NCBI GenBank assembly: GCA_965649765.1 | Contig: OZ287748.1 | Coordinates: 32,426,001 to 32,490,000, forward strand | DNA from: Bispira polyomma | Taxonomy: Eukaryota | DNA length: 64,000 bases | Reading direction: 5' to 3' | Part shown: positions 22,681 to 37,535 of the stretch, piece by piece | Numbering within the stretch: position 1 is the stretch's first letter | How the letters are laid out: each line of letters opens with the position of its first letter | Notes under the pieces: generated by a model | Told to the model about the DNA's origin: nothing | Database searches by the model: none | What the model saw: only the letters and a program-made list of their open reading frames with translations | Program-made: the position numbers and the translations under genes

Positions 22681-25600
22681 CTGGAAGGAACATAAAATAT
22701 TGTTTATAAAATGTGTCTAAATCCCACTAAAAATTAGACTAGCCTATATTGCAGAAATCCAAGCAATATGTATATGTATATAGAACAACATCCATAGACA
22801 AATGAAAACATTTTGTGGCATTGTTTCGAGAAATTGTTATGTACTCAAAGTTTTTGTTAGAAATTGTAATTAAGGATATTTATATCACAGAGAAAGATAC
22901 AACAGAGAAAGAGTGAGATTTCTTAATTAGAAACCACACCAAACCTATTTAAACACTCAACTCTGCGTCATTAACCATATTGTTAAAATTCAGGGTTTAT
23001 TAGATCTAAACAAAATTTCTTTAAACTCTGGGACCAGATAGGATCATACAATTTTATCAGTGAAAGTTTCACCATTAATCATGGCATTTGTACTAATGAA
23101 GTCCTCTACATTCATCTGCATATCAAGCGTTCTCTATCAAAAATGCTTTTCAACCTGACCTCAACCTGACCTAAATGAATGTATCACCTGACCTCTTTCT
23201 TTTGGTATTTCTTTACACAAAGATGGAGAAATGACTACACATTTATTGAGATATTATAAAAAGTTGGCTGGGTGACCAACAGATGTTATCTAATGAATCT
23301 GTTTAATAGATCTATTGATGAACACCAACTGATAACACACTACAAGTGTCCATAGCTCAGTGCAGAAGGTGACATCTATTCCATCTTCATTTAACCTTTT
23401 GTGTCTTGTATCTTAAACCAAGTTTATCACATTCTCCACTTTAAGGTTTACACAAACTACTTCATCTTTTTAAATCCTAGATTACATCCATGTAAATTAC
23501 AAGGTTTAGAATCACAAGGTATTATTCCTTCTATCTCATATTTTGAATGATTTATTATAATAATGGTAACATCTCAGACAAACATTTTGGACAAATAGTG
23601 TATACTATAGGAAAATAAATACACTTAATATATATATCTTAGTTTATGCAGAAACTTGAAAAAGAGACAGTAGTTTCTCATGGTGGCTGATGAGGCAAGT
23701 AATAAGGTGTCTACCACAATGAGGTCAAGGCGTGGAATGGACTCCCATTCTTTAAATAGCTAGCCATTCAGAGAAGATTTGATAACGACACTATCACATG
23801 TGACCAGAGAACGGTTCCTTGAAGATAATCTGTTTTAAATGAAACACATCCATATAATAAGCTTGATGGCTTTAACACATTACTCCCTTACGCAGACCAT
23901 TTGGTTAGGGAGTAAGTATAATAAAAGTGCCTTAGACATAGCATGCATTAAACATGTCACCAAGATATGTTGTGTGTCATTTTGTATATCAGGCAAAAGG
24001 TGTCGGAGCTAAAAGGACAGTGAGATGACAGATTATAAGACACGCTGAATATTTGCATGTAATATAAAACCCCAAGTACAACATTAAAATAGCAGGTCTG
24101 TTATATAATGACCCTTACCTGTCTTCAACTAAACAATTATCAGAGAGCTGTGAAGTATGCCATATAATAATAATAGGCGATTTCAATGACACATTTTTTT
24201 GTAATTTTTATACGTATAATGACGGTTTACCATTTAAAACAAATTGATAATATGTTACATAAAAGGCTGTGCAGGTTGATGGAATAATGATATGTACAGC
24301 TTATATCTTTGTTGTATTTCATGGACATGCTGAACACTGACTAGAAACTGAATATACCAATATACATGAATTACTACTTGCCATATAGTCCATATGACTC
24401 TCCATCAACACTTTCTCCTTTAAATGGGGTTTTGATTTCACATCATATTTCTGAGACTTATTTAGTTGATTTCAATAAACAAGACATCATGTATCTCTTA
24501 CATGTATGTATAAAGAATACCAAAGTGTGTACATATATGTCATCTTTAAAACCCCTTACCACAAACAAACAAGCTTGGCTGTACCCTCCACTTACCCTAA
24601 ATTGCCACAGGGCATCTACAACACAAGGGCGCTAAATAAGCAAGCCAGCATAATTGATACCATCCATCAAATTAATGCTTCTTTCATACCAACAAAGTGA
24701 TTATTATATTTGGGGTAGTTGGAGGAGGGGGTGGGGGGGGGGAGGCTATTTACAAAGGCAAAAAGAGACTAACTTATACCAGGGTATCTAACTCTATCCT
24801 TACCCCTAATCCTATTACCGGAATTGTTTTTCTTTAAAATTTGAACTTAACCTATTTGACAGCCATGTGGAAGTCCCTGTATATGGAAGTAACCCTGTAC
24901 TTGTAACGATTCATTTTAATAGAACTTTCAGCGCTAAATTCAAATATGTAACCAGATTTGATTTAACTCCATTGTAGCCAAAAATAAGGAGACCTTTAAT
25001 GTGACTTAGAGCTTTGTTTTTTTTTCTTGAAAGTTTGGCCGCTGGTAAACTTGCTGTTTCTACTGTACTGTAAACAACATGGGTGACAGTGAATAATTTG
25101 TTTGAATATATCACACACACAGACACCCCATCCCACCATGTCACAGCTCTGCCACCCCCACTGTGTGGGGCAGACATCCCCTGGTATCCTCTCTCCCCCC
25201 CAAGAGAGAGATTCCCATACAATGAAGGGCTCATTAGTGCTATATATTACAATGTCTCCCAGTGTATAGTTTTGTTTAGCTGCTGGATATAACATGTGTG
25301 CCATGCTATTATATGAACACAGACATATATCTCTATCTAGGTGTACAACACCTATACAAGAAACCCACATCCATTAAAAACAACCACTTCACAAACATGT
25401 CCCACAGATTTACTAGGGGGAGAGGGGGAGAGCTGACATCGTAACTTATAGGATTATCTGGGTTTCTAAAAGAAATATTATACAGTCCCTTGTATTTGTG
25501 ATACAAGAATTTGTAACTTCATCTCGCTTAAAATTAGAAATTTCTGATGCCTGTTCTGATGCAATGTATTATTGTTAAATACACCCTAACTTGCCTTGCA

Positions 25601-28535
25601 TTAATCTGTCTATATTTTTAAGAGATAATGGTCAAGATATGTTTTATTATTAGGGTTAAAATAAACAGGTAAAATTACTATGTAATTATTATTGATTAAA
25701 TAATTAATGATACAAGTGTTTTATATTAAAATAGTTATTTATGCTACAAAAACTAAATACCATGATTTGGATAAATTGTAATCTTAGCTAGTGTGTGGAC
25801 CAGTAAAAACTTGTTAAAAAAGGTAATATTTCACTCAGTGAGGTGGGGTTTTTAAGTGATTTATTTGATCAACACCCTTCCCCCATTTGTACAAGGTGGT
25901 CTCCTGATGTTACTTTGTTAAAAATACACTACCCAACAAAAAACAAATTTGAGAATTTTGGTAAATCCTTTTAACCTTTAATGATATTTATGCAACACAT
26001 TTGTAGTGCTTTTAGTTAGGTAACTAATTAGCAATTTACAGTTTTAGCAACCCCCTGTTTTCATGTGAATGATTCTGTCACCTATTATATTTTATGTTAT
26101 TGTGTTTTCATTAGTAGATGACTGTCAGCTTTGTGACCACTGTATAAAATCACCACATGTATTCGCAGGAGTTATTAAATCCTTGTTACATAATAAAATC
26201 GGCTATATGGAATTTTGGAAAATACTAAAATCGGCCACTGGGTATCGGCTGCAGCCTAGGGACCGCTGGCCATTGGTAAACTTTTTGCTACATGGAAACA
26301 TGACTTTAATCACTAAACCAAAAATTAGCCTACTTTTGTTTTGATGTAGAGCATTATATACTACTATCTAAACCAATACACACATTGGGAGAGCATGAAT
26401 ATTTTGTTTGTTAAAATCTGTGGTTAAAATTTTTAATTTTTACTGGGTGGTCTTAAATCAGTGAACCAGCCTTGTTGTGCAAGTTTTTCAAACCTGACTT
26501 CTCTAAAAAAGTCTATGTTGTTCTTGACAAATTTGTGGTTTTTCTTATAGATAGAAAGTCAGTGTTCAGGTAAACCACATAGCAATAAATTAATGATTAG
26601 CCAAGAAACGGTTAAATTGAATATTCTTTTTAAAGAACCAGAGCAACATCATTATATCTCGCTCCATAAAATAAAACCCTCTAATGTTATATAGAGTCAT
26701 TTATATCCTATATATCAATCAGAAGACGTATTAAACACCAGGTATAGAGAGAGTCACTTCTATAAAATATGGTGGGAAATATATTAAAATCTTTAGGTGT
26801 TAAAATTGAGAAAGAAAAAAGATATTGTTGAAAGGCTTCAGCTCTAATAAATACCACAACCTGGTGAAAATGTTAAGGGTTTTCTTTCTACCATCAAACC
26901 TTTGCACACCTCAAAAGGTCAAGACCCCCTTGCTATCAGATGTTCAGAAGTAATATCTCTCAGTCTATCTCTATCTGTGGCCTATACTTGAAAGACATGA
27001 CCGTGATTAATTATTTCATTAGCCACAAAAGCCGGCACAGCTACATGTTAATGGTATGGTTTCAGCTGATTTTTTTTAATATATGCTGAAAGTTTGATTT
27101 TACTATATCACTATAGTATAAATTCTATATTAAGGTGACCATTGTAGATACTTAATGTTGTTTAGATTTAATAATTATATATATTTATATAGAAAAGGTA
27201 AAATATTAGCAAAGATGCAAAAACATTTGTAAGAAACCTTTTAATATACTGAACTTTTACAATGGTAAATTGTTTCATATGGATGACTCATATTGGAATT
27301 TATAAATGCATATATTTAAACTTAAGAGGTGAAATATGTTTGAAGTTTTTAAAATATATTTTATGCAAGAAGTATTTATTTGTAAAGGCAGCCATCACTT
27401 GCATCACATTTATTGCTTATGTAATAATCATCTCACTTAAACTAAAGCATGAAATTACTTAAGGTAGCCTTAGATTTATTGCTATCATTTGAAACAGGTA
27501 GTTTGAATCAAACCCCCAAGGTAAGTCATATAAGTTATATTTATGTGGAACTGTATTAAAGGGTTCCTATGAAATGCCCCCTATATTTAAGACCTTTATC
27601 AAACTCCATCTTAAGTTTAAAAATACAATGTATATATTCAAAGTCCCTATAAAAGTGAACTGTTCTCACATATGGAACTTAGAGGAGTTTTTCATTATCC
27701 CATGACTTTTAAAAGTTATGGCTTCAAATACTGACATTATCTTCAATAAACTTTTCACCTACAATAAAACACACATCAGCAAAGTCATTTTTCATTTTAA
27801 GTGTAACATCCCGTATTTCAGGTGTGTCAATTAAAAGGTAGGGCGGAACAGGTTTATTCATCCTCTATATTGAAATCCAGGTATGGGGTCTCATTTCAAT
27901 TGAATGTCAGTCATAAGTGTACATTTTAAAACTGGCTTTAAAGACAGCAGGTGATATTTGGTCAACAAAAAAAAAACAAGAATTTATATTTTTGTCAGTT
28001 ACAATTTATGGTTCTCCTATTGACAGGTGTGTAACATAATGCACTGGACAAGTGATTTGATCAAATATCTGCAGAACAATATGTTTCACATTTTTTTAAC
28101 TCTAGTGTATATATATAAACAATATTTATATTTTTTTATGAGCCAACAGAAAATATAAAATTTTTATTTTTTTTAATTTATGATCTAGATAGTTAGATAC
28201 AGAAGTCAATAAAGAGTTTTTAAACACTTGTAGCAATATTTCTCTCCCCAAGGATATATTTCAAGATTTAATATGTACACCTGTGGGTGCTAGTTTTGGG
28301 GGGAATATTTTGTGATTAGCGTTCAGTTAACATTTTATCTGGGTTTGCATTTGGACTAATACCCACATGCATGAACAGTTGAAATTATTTCTAACAAGTC
28401 AAAATGTTCAGTTTTTTTTGTTGCCAATGTTCGCTTTATGTGACACACATTTTTGTACGAGAACTTTTCCCAAAGCTGGGAGCAAATATGACTAATACTT
28501 GTTTCTCCAGTCCACTTTTCATTAGTACTACAGTA

Positions 28536-28737
28536 TCTGTATCAAAATATCTTTTAAGGTCAACTCAGAATTAAACTAAAATCTGGTTTTATATTTGAAT
28601 TTAGTACTGGCAGCTCTATTAAATTGAATGACCATATTAAGTATTGGTTATTTCCAGATACAAGATTTTCACAAGCCTTCATTTGAATGGCGTTATAATT
28701 TAAAACTTAAGTTTCTTCATGGAGAATATGTGTCTGG
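28536..28737. mobile_element. MITE family A copy (diverged)
   Basis: gaatttagtactggcagctctattaaattgaatgacc core and ggagaatatgtgtctg end. Confidence 0.5.
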
Positions 28738-28834
28738 GGTTAAAATTTTCTTGGGGAACAAGTCCCTTTGAAAACAAACTGGCATCACAACTTAGGAGCC
28801 ATATACAAATGTTTCAATTAAGCAAGTAAAATAC

Positions 28835-29290
28835 ACAAGGACACTCAGTAGAGTGCATACCTCTCCCAAGGTCCCATAGTGCCAACAAGCTAAAGTTGTT
28901 AGCGAAAAAAATCCTGGATCTGCCCTTCTAATCGGATCTGCTCCAAAATCTCAAATATTTTACTTTAGCCCTTGCCTCATCCCTGTACTAAATTACGTAA
29001 TGTGAATTAGTAGTTTTTATGGAATTTTGGTGACAAACAAATTCAGCCCAAAAAATTTTTGGGGTTCAGGAAAAAAACTCAAAACCTATCATCTCAAACT
29101 TGCTTACCTCTCTTTAATTCTCTCCCTGTACAACCCCACATCCTACTTTGCGACTGTAGCTTTCAAAACTTATTAATTAGTTAATTGATGCTGTTGTTGC
29201 AGTTAAGAAGATGCCTTGCATCAATAAGACACGTTAAAAAGGCCATATAAAATACAATACAAAAACAGCTAACCTTGGCGAAGGTAATAA
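28835..29290 (-). mobile_element. HINE/DINE-like element copy with an internal insertion
   Basis: acaaggacactcagtagagtgcatacctctcccaagg ... cctggatctgccc...cggatctgctccaaaa ... aaccttggcgaaggtaataa (subterminal IRs). Confidence 0.65.
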
Positions 29291-29445
29291 TATAACAACT
29301 TTTGTTTATATAGATTGGATGACAGAAATGTTTCAAATCATACAGTAGTTTCATCATGTAATGTTATAAAGTACACACAAATTAGCACAGACACAAGACA
29401 ACACACAATCTCTCTGTGAAGTTTAGACCTGTAAAGCTTACACAC

Positions 29446-29595
29446 CTGAGCTTTGACTTTGTCCAGTTTCATTTCATACATCAGACTGTCTGGTGAGACC
29501 GACCTACTTCTACTTTCAGGGAGTAAAGGATTATAGGAGACTGGTGGCGGCCCTGTCTCTATGACGTAGGCTGGGTTAGTTCTACCCTGTTCTAC
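29446..29595 (-). CDS. Pcdh: Protocadherin coding exon 4 (cytoplasmic, 50 aa)
   Basis: Not in the ORF track. Open 150-nt phase 0/0 exon VEQGRTNPAYVIETGPPPVSYNPLLPESRSRSVSPDSLMYEMKLDKVKAQ, acceptor tattttaaAAG, donor CAG|GTGTGT, higher GC than its flanks. Confidence 0.75.
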
Positions 29596-32500
29596 CTTTT
29601 AAAATACACATATAATATACATTCATAAGTAACATGAATAGAATACATTGAATATGAATATATATTATATCTATTATGTTACCATTATTAGGTGTTATAC
29701 AAACTGCAATACAAAATTCGTATTACCTCCACTACCCATTAAGGACCATTATTATGTATCAAGTGGAAACTCCATTGATTTCATTGGTTCGAACCAGATC
29801 ACATGACATGTAATAAATGGTAATATAGCCCAGAGCTATACAGCTTTCTTTTGCTCTCTGGATTCTTGTTGTTTTTGTCTTGATATTTGATAAAAATAGA
29901 CATTTAAAAACTAATCATTCTTTGAATAACAAGCAGATTAACACAGGTTCTAGAAGGCTTATAATATGGTCAGGATAAATATATTTTTGGCCTAACAAAC
30001 CTTCTAGCTATATACATAGCCTGACCTCATACTGTTATACATCTCTGTATAACCCTCCTGAAAAGTCTATTTAACTGTCAATATTTTAGTACTTAAACAC
30101 ATTTGTTAATGTTTTGTTCTGAATTGATACACATTCTCATAAATAGCTGATGTCGTAGTGATTGATAGTTAAATGCATTATTAAGCTTCTACTATCCAAG
30201 CAAAGTCTGCTGACATGGTTGGATAATAGAGGGTCCATAACTAAAAATACCTGAAATTGTGTGTTATAATAGAGTTATTTTTAATACCATAAACATATTA
30301 TTAACTACATAGTTATTTATAATTATTAACAGATTAGTAAGTACTTAGTTATTTTTAACCATCAGCAGATTAGTAACTAAAAAAGATAAGCATTAATAGA
30401 AGTGGATATATTTTTTTTAAAGCAAATATATAAATGTAGATAGACATTCTTTTATTGAATATTACTACAGACAAAAAATATTTATACCAGGCAAAGAAGA
30501 AAATAGTTTACAAAAGGAAAGAAAAAAAAAATCCCAATGTACTTCACATTACAACCTCTGGGTGTCAAAGACAGGGACAAAGCCTGCTTCAAAGGTGTTA
30601 AAAGTGTGCCGAAATCAAACTTTGTCGATCCAGTATATTCCTCAATAGCTGCCCCATTGAAATAAACACACACACTGATGTCCAAACAAACCATGTTAGA
30701 AACACATATTCTTCATGACATGAACGATACATGTTTTAGCACTTTCCAATAAGCAAACCTACAGTTAAATGCCACTATTACATGCCTACTTGGCATTTTG
30801 AAAGAAGCAGTCGAAGAAATGTTTAGAGAAATCTGAGCTGACAGGCTGTTTTTTAAAGGTTTTATGGTATTACGGTATGTCCCTATAGATTCATACTTCT
30901 CTCATCCTCTAATAGCCTCTTGAAGTGCTGTAGAAATAATAACACAAGCACAACATCAAACTTGGTCATGTTTGCCGTGTTTAAATTTGGATAAACGGAA
31001 AATTAATAAGTGTTTCATTGAGAGCGTGGGAATAAGTGAGGTGTAACGGGAGAAGGTACAGGACAAACACACCTTGTTAAAAATAATAGGATACACCTTT
31101 TTTTGGCTATGTAGCTTATTAGTGTGTATTTAATTTTCTTTAGCTTGGTGTAACATTTCCGTGTTTGGTCTTAAGGTTGTTTTACATAGAAACAATTAAA
31201 TTTTACCAGGGTTTTAAAGTGATTTTTTTTGTCTCCTCCCCTTTTTATGCCCAAATCTTATGACATCACTAAGCTCAGTATTATAAAAAATAATTAAAAT
31301 TCTTCTTTTTCCATTTGAGCGCATTAAGATGTACATATACATGTAAAACTAATTTTAATTATCATGGTTATATAATATATCATGGATACCAGATACCAAT
31401 TTGATAATGTGAATAAACAATAAAATAAACAGAAAAAACTCTCGAGGGCTCCTGTATCAAACATGTATGAACAAATATGTATATCTCACCAACAGTCAAG
31501 CTAATATAGACAATTGACACTTTGTCATTTAAAACGAGCTAATCTTTATATAAAACTAGAAATGATAATTAGTCAGGTTTGTGAGGTATAACTATGTAAT
31601 GAAGCGAGTACTTATAACATGACAGCATATTTGTTTTGTCTTAAGAAAAACCCCAATGGGTTAACAATATACAGCTGCCCCCCCCCCCACCCCCCCCCCC
31701 CCCCACACACACACACATCTGACCTCTTTTTGTCTTTACCTAGGGAATCAACTTGAAGATGTCAAACAAATATATATATAGAGAAAAAGGTGATGTCAAT
31801 TAGACACTTTAGGATATTTATATATCGAAGAAAAAGGAAAGGTGAAGTGTACATTATACAATTCTATATAATATATAAGCCCTATGTAGATTAGCCTGAT
31901 GGGGAACATTAGAACCACTTAAAACAGACAATAGCCTCATCATCTGAGGGGACATTGGTCACTCAATATACATGGGTAAGTAGTGGTCAGTACTTGAGGG
32001 TATACAACCTCAAAAGAAAGTTGTCCACACACCTCCTAGGGGACGGAGCCCACAGCTACTAACTACTATAGTTCAGGTGTTTTCTCTGTGGGAGTTTGGA
32101 AGAATTCAGTGGGGTCAGGGATGAGGGTTGATAAAGTGGTCCACTGTGAACTAATTAATTTGTATGGCTACACAACATTTTGTTTGCCAGTGAAAATTTA
32201 CAGCATTTTTTATAAGGGTTGAAGAAATAAATTAATTTATAATTTTCCAGTTGGAATTATATTAATGTACCCTAGTGCTTTTTATTGAAGCTTGAGGTCA
32301 AGCACTATTGTCTTTATACATATTAGTTAATTTTGTTTAATTTTTCTTTTTGCAAATTTTAAATCATTATTTATTGTACCAGCCTTTAATTGTAAATATT
32401 TTAAAATGTAAATAATAAAAAAAAAAATTCCCAAATATTTGATTCACTGCTTTTTGAGGTCAACCTATACTCACTCAAGGTCATATCTTGGTAACACTGA

Positions 32501-35500
32501 TGTCTGTTTTTATGTAATGAATATGAATAAGAATTTGTAATTTGACAGACTATTAATGGTATTCATGTATATATACATTTTTTTTTAAATGGCACTAAAA
32601 GACTGGTTTTAAGTACTATCTAGTAATTTTATTGTTTTGTCTTTTTTAAATTTAAAATTGTAGTTTAAATATTAACTATAGCTTGATTAAAATTGAAATT
32701 CTAAACATTTAAAACTGCCATTGTACACACACACCCTGTCAGTGGGGTTTTGTGTCGAAAGCCTGTCAATTCCCAAAGGTCTTCTTGACAATATGTTGTA
32801 TTTTCAGAAACAACCAGCCACCCCCCTATAGACCAGGGACACTAGACAACAGGAAAAAGGGTCAGTCCCCCGTGTGTGGGGCTTAAGTTAAAGGAACTCT
32901 ATAGCTAACTTCTGTCACAATTTCACACACTCCTCATGAAATCTACATAATCAATTTGTGTATGGAAGATCTTACATTTGAAAGTCATCCTAAGCTGAAC
33001 TGTATGTCTTAGTGTATTGATGAAAAGTCTTAAACTTACAATAATCTCCAAATACACCCTGGTGTATCATTGTCTACAAGACAAATATCTAAAATCTGAC
33101 TACAAAATTTGAATTTCTCACTGAAAACTCCATTAAAATGAATGGCAAGAATGTCTGTTGTCAAACCACTTTAACTGGAACTTTTTTAGTTGATTTTCCT
33201 GTTAAGTGGGGAAAAATATGTAATATCACAAAAAGGACTTTCCTTGTAAATCTATCCTATTAAGTGGAATTTTTTATTTGGTAGGAATATTTCTCCTGGT
33301 CTGTTGAGGTTCGATTTAAAGGGATTCAACTTTAACTGTATTAAAGGCATGCTCATAAGTGTAAGAACAGACTAAAATATGAATGTTACAACCCAGTTCG
33401 TATGCACACACACATTTTCTACATTCTACCCCAAATCTCCCTTAAGACTGATTTTTCTATTACTATAAGGGAAAGTTTGGGCTAAATCCTGATTCACAAA
33501 CTTTCATATATAGAGAGGGAATCTCACACAAGTGACCTAGTGCGGAATATATATACATGTGTAAATGTACAAAATGATGTATAAGTAGATATTAATTGAA
33601 TGCACACAGAGATTAACACATACATACATAACCCCTTGGGCCAATTTAGGCAGTAAAATTATTTATAACAGGAAATAATACATAATATATATAAAACAAG
33701 CAAGGAAACAAAAGCATATAGGACTTAGCTAGTTCTAAAAGCCTTTTAAACCTAGTGTACCCTTTACTTGCTCAAAATAAATATTAAGAAAATGTTAATC
33801 CTCTCACTTATTTCCATGATTACTATGGAAGAGTCCCCCACACAACCTAGTGACACTGAGCATAAGATAACAATGTGGTGGAACACTGCAGGTAAATAGA
33901 CACAGATATGCTGTCTTTTCACAGGGAACCTATTTACCCACAAAATGCCGCCTCCAGATATATAGTAAGGGATGACAAAAGATCCAGGGCTTTTTGGTGA
34001 GAATTTATACAGCAAAACCTATATTAATTCACTGTGTCCTAATCTTAATGTCCACTTTTAAGTCACAGTATTAAGCTTTACTATGGAATTATGGGGGGGG
34101 GGGGGAATGTATAGGTATATTATCTAGTATTTGGGGAATAAGAAACGCTAGTTTAATATTTAATATAGGTTCTACATCGTACATGCAATAGAAATACAGT
34201 GTGAACTATTTAAAGGGACAAATAAAAAAATACCTCAACTTAAGCATGATTTCCACTTAACAAGGTATATTTTAAAAATAGAAGGCTTTTATAAGACTAC
34301 AAATATTTTGCCACATAAACGTGACATTGATTTGAAAAAGTTCTACAAAAAGGCGTTTGATAGCAAATGAACAAAATTATTAATTGAAGCCTTTATAAGA
34401 GTATACACTAAGATTTTGCAAGATTGTAATTATTGTCCATAATTTAAAGCACCTGCAAGGAACATCACAAGGGATTTATGACCATATATAGAGAATTTTA
34501 TACTACAGCCCTAAAAATCCATTGTGTCCACAGTTGATTAAGTTTCTATGTATAAGTGAAGAGGATCTGAGGTTGAAAGACTTAGGAATTACATACACCA
34601 CCCTATTTGTAAGGCACATTCTTTAATCCTTTGGTTCTCCTAATCCCCCCTCTTTAGAAATGAGTCTTGTTCTATAATTTTTTGATTAATGAATAAAATA
34701 AAATAAATTATATTCAAATATCAAGAACTATTTGAAAAAAATATATAATTATTTGTATACAACATTTAGCAAATTAGAAATATATCGCTGTGTTTACACT
34801 AATGGAATGTGATGTAAAACAAACTTAGAAGTAGGTTGCTTTTTTTTGGCATCAAGGTTTCATTTTTTTAATAAAGGAAAGTACTCAAAAGTTTGACAAT
34901 ATGATTATCTTAATAGTACACAGATGTTTAAGGGAGAGAGATTAAAAAAAATCTCCTTCAAAAATGTTATTTCATGCATCAATATGTGAGAACGGGTTAA
35001 TAAATAGTACTAAAAAAATTTAGCCTATAGAAATGAACAGGGAAGAAATCTGGTTATAATTCTCTTTTAAATACACATACTGGGCTACTTATTGGGGGAG
35101 TCTATTTAATGTGGTCAAAGTGTTTTCTTTTGCTAAACAAACTTCAAATACAGAAATGGAGGGGCAGAAAAGACTCCTTAAAGGCAGAGTGTCTTTAAGG
35201 ACATTGTGGTTGATTCACAAGTTCAAACCCTTCAACCATGAGACTCTTAAGTGAGCACCATTTCACTTAAATAGATCAAAAGCCAGCATTACAGTTGCAA
35301 AAATTACCACTCCGCTCATTAAGAAGAATTAACCAACAACAATTTTTTTGCCCTGTAGTGTATATTTGCTGGTTTCAGTTTTTGTATAAAGATAGGGATA
35401 GGTCTAAAGCATTTGATAGCGTAGAATAGGGTGGTTTTGTATTACACCGCGTGTTATTTCCTGTCTCATGGTACCTGGTATTTCTCCATATAAACCATTT

Positions 35501-35718
35501 ATAATACTTAGCAAAAATATGTTAAGATTATCTCTTGATCAGTATTGAATTTTTCTTTTTTGACATTCAGGAATGTTTACTGTGCAAAGTAGGGTGTAAG
35601 GACCTAAATATAGATATATTACACTGTAACAGAATATTAGACAGATATCAAATAACAAAGCATTTAGAGAATATAAAAGCTTAATTAAATTCCTTGCTGA
35701 TTAACTTATTTTACTTAT

Positions 35719-35790
35719 AAACAGTCTAGGTTACTGAATCCTTTGCCCTATAGCAAACAGTCTAGGTTACTGAATCCTTTGCCCTATAGC
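35719..35790. repeat. Tandem duplication, 2 x 36 bp
   Basis: aaacagtctaggttactgaatcctttgccctatagc twice, identical. Confidence 0.9.
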
Positions 35791-36454
35791 AGGCCTCACA
35801 ACACATGAATCTCAAAACTATATGAAAATGTACATAGGATAAAGGAATATCATGAAAATATAGGAGAAATATAGGGAATCTCAATGAAAATATATAGCAA
35901 AAAATATGGACATTTGGGTACCAAATATGAAGCATCATTTACACTGCATTACTTATAGAAGTAAATATAGTCACTTTTGCAATACATAATTTCAGAAAAA
36001 TGTAGGAGATATAGGAGGTTTATTTACCCAAATATAGGAAAGGCTTCAAAAATATAGGAAAACATAGGCACTAAATTATTTCTTATAATTCATAATTTCA
36101 ATAAATGTCAAATGCTCTTCAGACACACTAGCTTTGGAGTTATATTTAAGAATACACCTCATTTTTTTATAACCATAGCTAATCCATTGACTTGTCAAAA
36201 AGTCAGACTGTACTATTCCACTCAATAATTGTATTAAACTGCCTCACATACCAGAAGAACTCAGTAGGTCTACTTTACTCAAGTATTTATGCTATGTAAA
36301 ATATCCCCCCCCCCCCCCCCCCAATTGCTGTACAGCATATACAAAAATATTGCAGTATTTTTGTGATAAAAGCCCCCAAGGGCCTTTGGAGTTTTCTAAC
36401 CAGGGGGCTATTATTAAAAAAAACAATGTTAATATGTGGGGTGTGGGCAAATTA

Positions 36455-36639
36455 CAGTCAAACCTCTATTATCCGAACTTCTAATATTTAAATATACAGG
36501 GTTTTTTTTTTTGTACACACTTTCTTAAATTTTCATATTCCTATTGATTTATACTTAAATGCCACTTTAATTTTACGAACATTCTATTTTACAAAGAAAT
36601 CTTGCTCTCTTTACATGTTCGGATATAGAGGTTCTACTG
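36455..36639. mobile_element. Tc1/mariner-pogo (Tigger-like) MITE
   Basis: TA|CAGTCAAACCTCTATTATCCGAAC ... GTTCGGATATAGAGGTTCTACTG|TA. Confidence 0.8.
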
Positions 36640-37535
36640 TACTGTTAAAACACCATGGTAGTATTTCAATGTGCATCACACACTTAAAACTATGAAAGCT
36701 AAATATCCCAATTTCCACTTTATTTGAGTATAAGTGTCTGCTAAGATATGAACATTTCAAGCGATACAAAAAAATCTCTGGGGTCGGCTATAGTTAGAGA
36801 GGGGGCCTTTATTACATAAAATACGGTAGATATGTACATAATATTTGACAGACGTTTAGGAAAGGGTAAAAAGGTATTATATAGGATTGATACAAATGTA
36901 TGTATAAAAAAATGTAATATAGCATGTAGTACAATGCCCTTACTGTGTGGCCTGTTGTGCAGGGATTAACATACCTGGCTGTAATATCCATATCAACTTA
37001 GATCAGTCTACAATTATCATGATGTCGGCCCAAAATAATGTGGTTAAAATATGCAAAATTTTTAATGTAAGACCAAGAATTGATTTCTCCTACTAAAACT
37101 ATTTCCTGTGTGTGTGTATAAGTGGTATGACTTAATATAATTCTTTCTTTTATTTAAAATATGAAAATTGTTTCCCTGTGATAAGCTATTGTAGTGATTT
37201 TTTTCTTTATAAGAAAAGTCATCCGCAATATGACAAGCCTTCACAGGAGTCGGGGTTAGAAATGACTTTTAAAAAGAGATTTTTGACATGTTGCCGAAAC
37301 CGTGTAATTAGACCACGGGCAAACAGAGGCAAAGCAGGATTGGCGTATAATAATACCGTTTTGTATCTCCCTGACACTTGAAGGTCATATGACCCACGTT
37401 GTTGTTTAAAAAGGGCATTTTGTGACTTTATATTTAAGGGCACACTGAGAAACGTATTGTACAATTATGACTGGCATCAATCTGGGACTGAACAGAATCA
37501 CATGCTTTCATTTTCCAGTAAAATGCTTAAATAAC

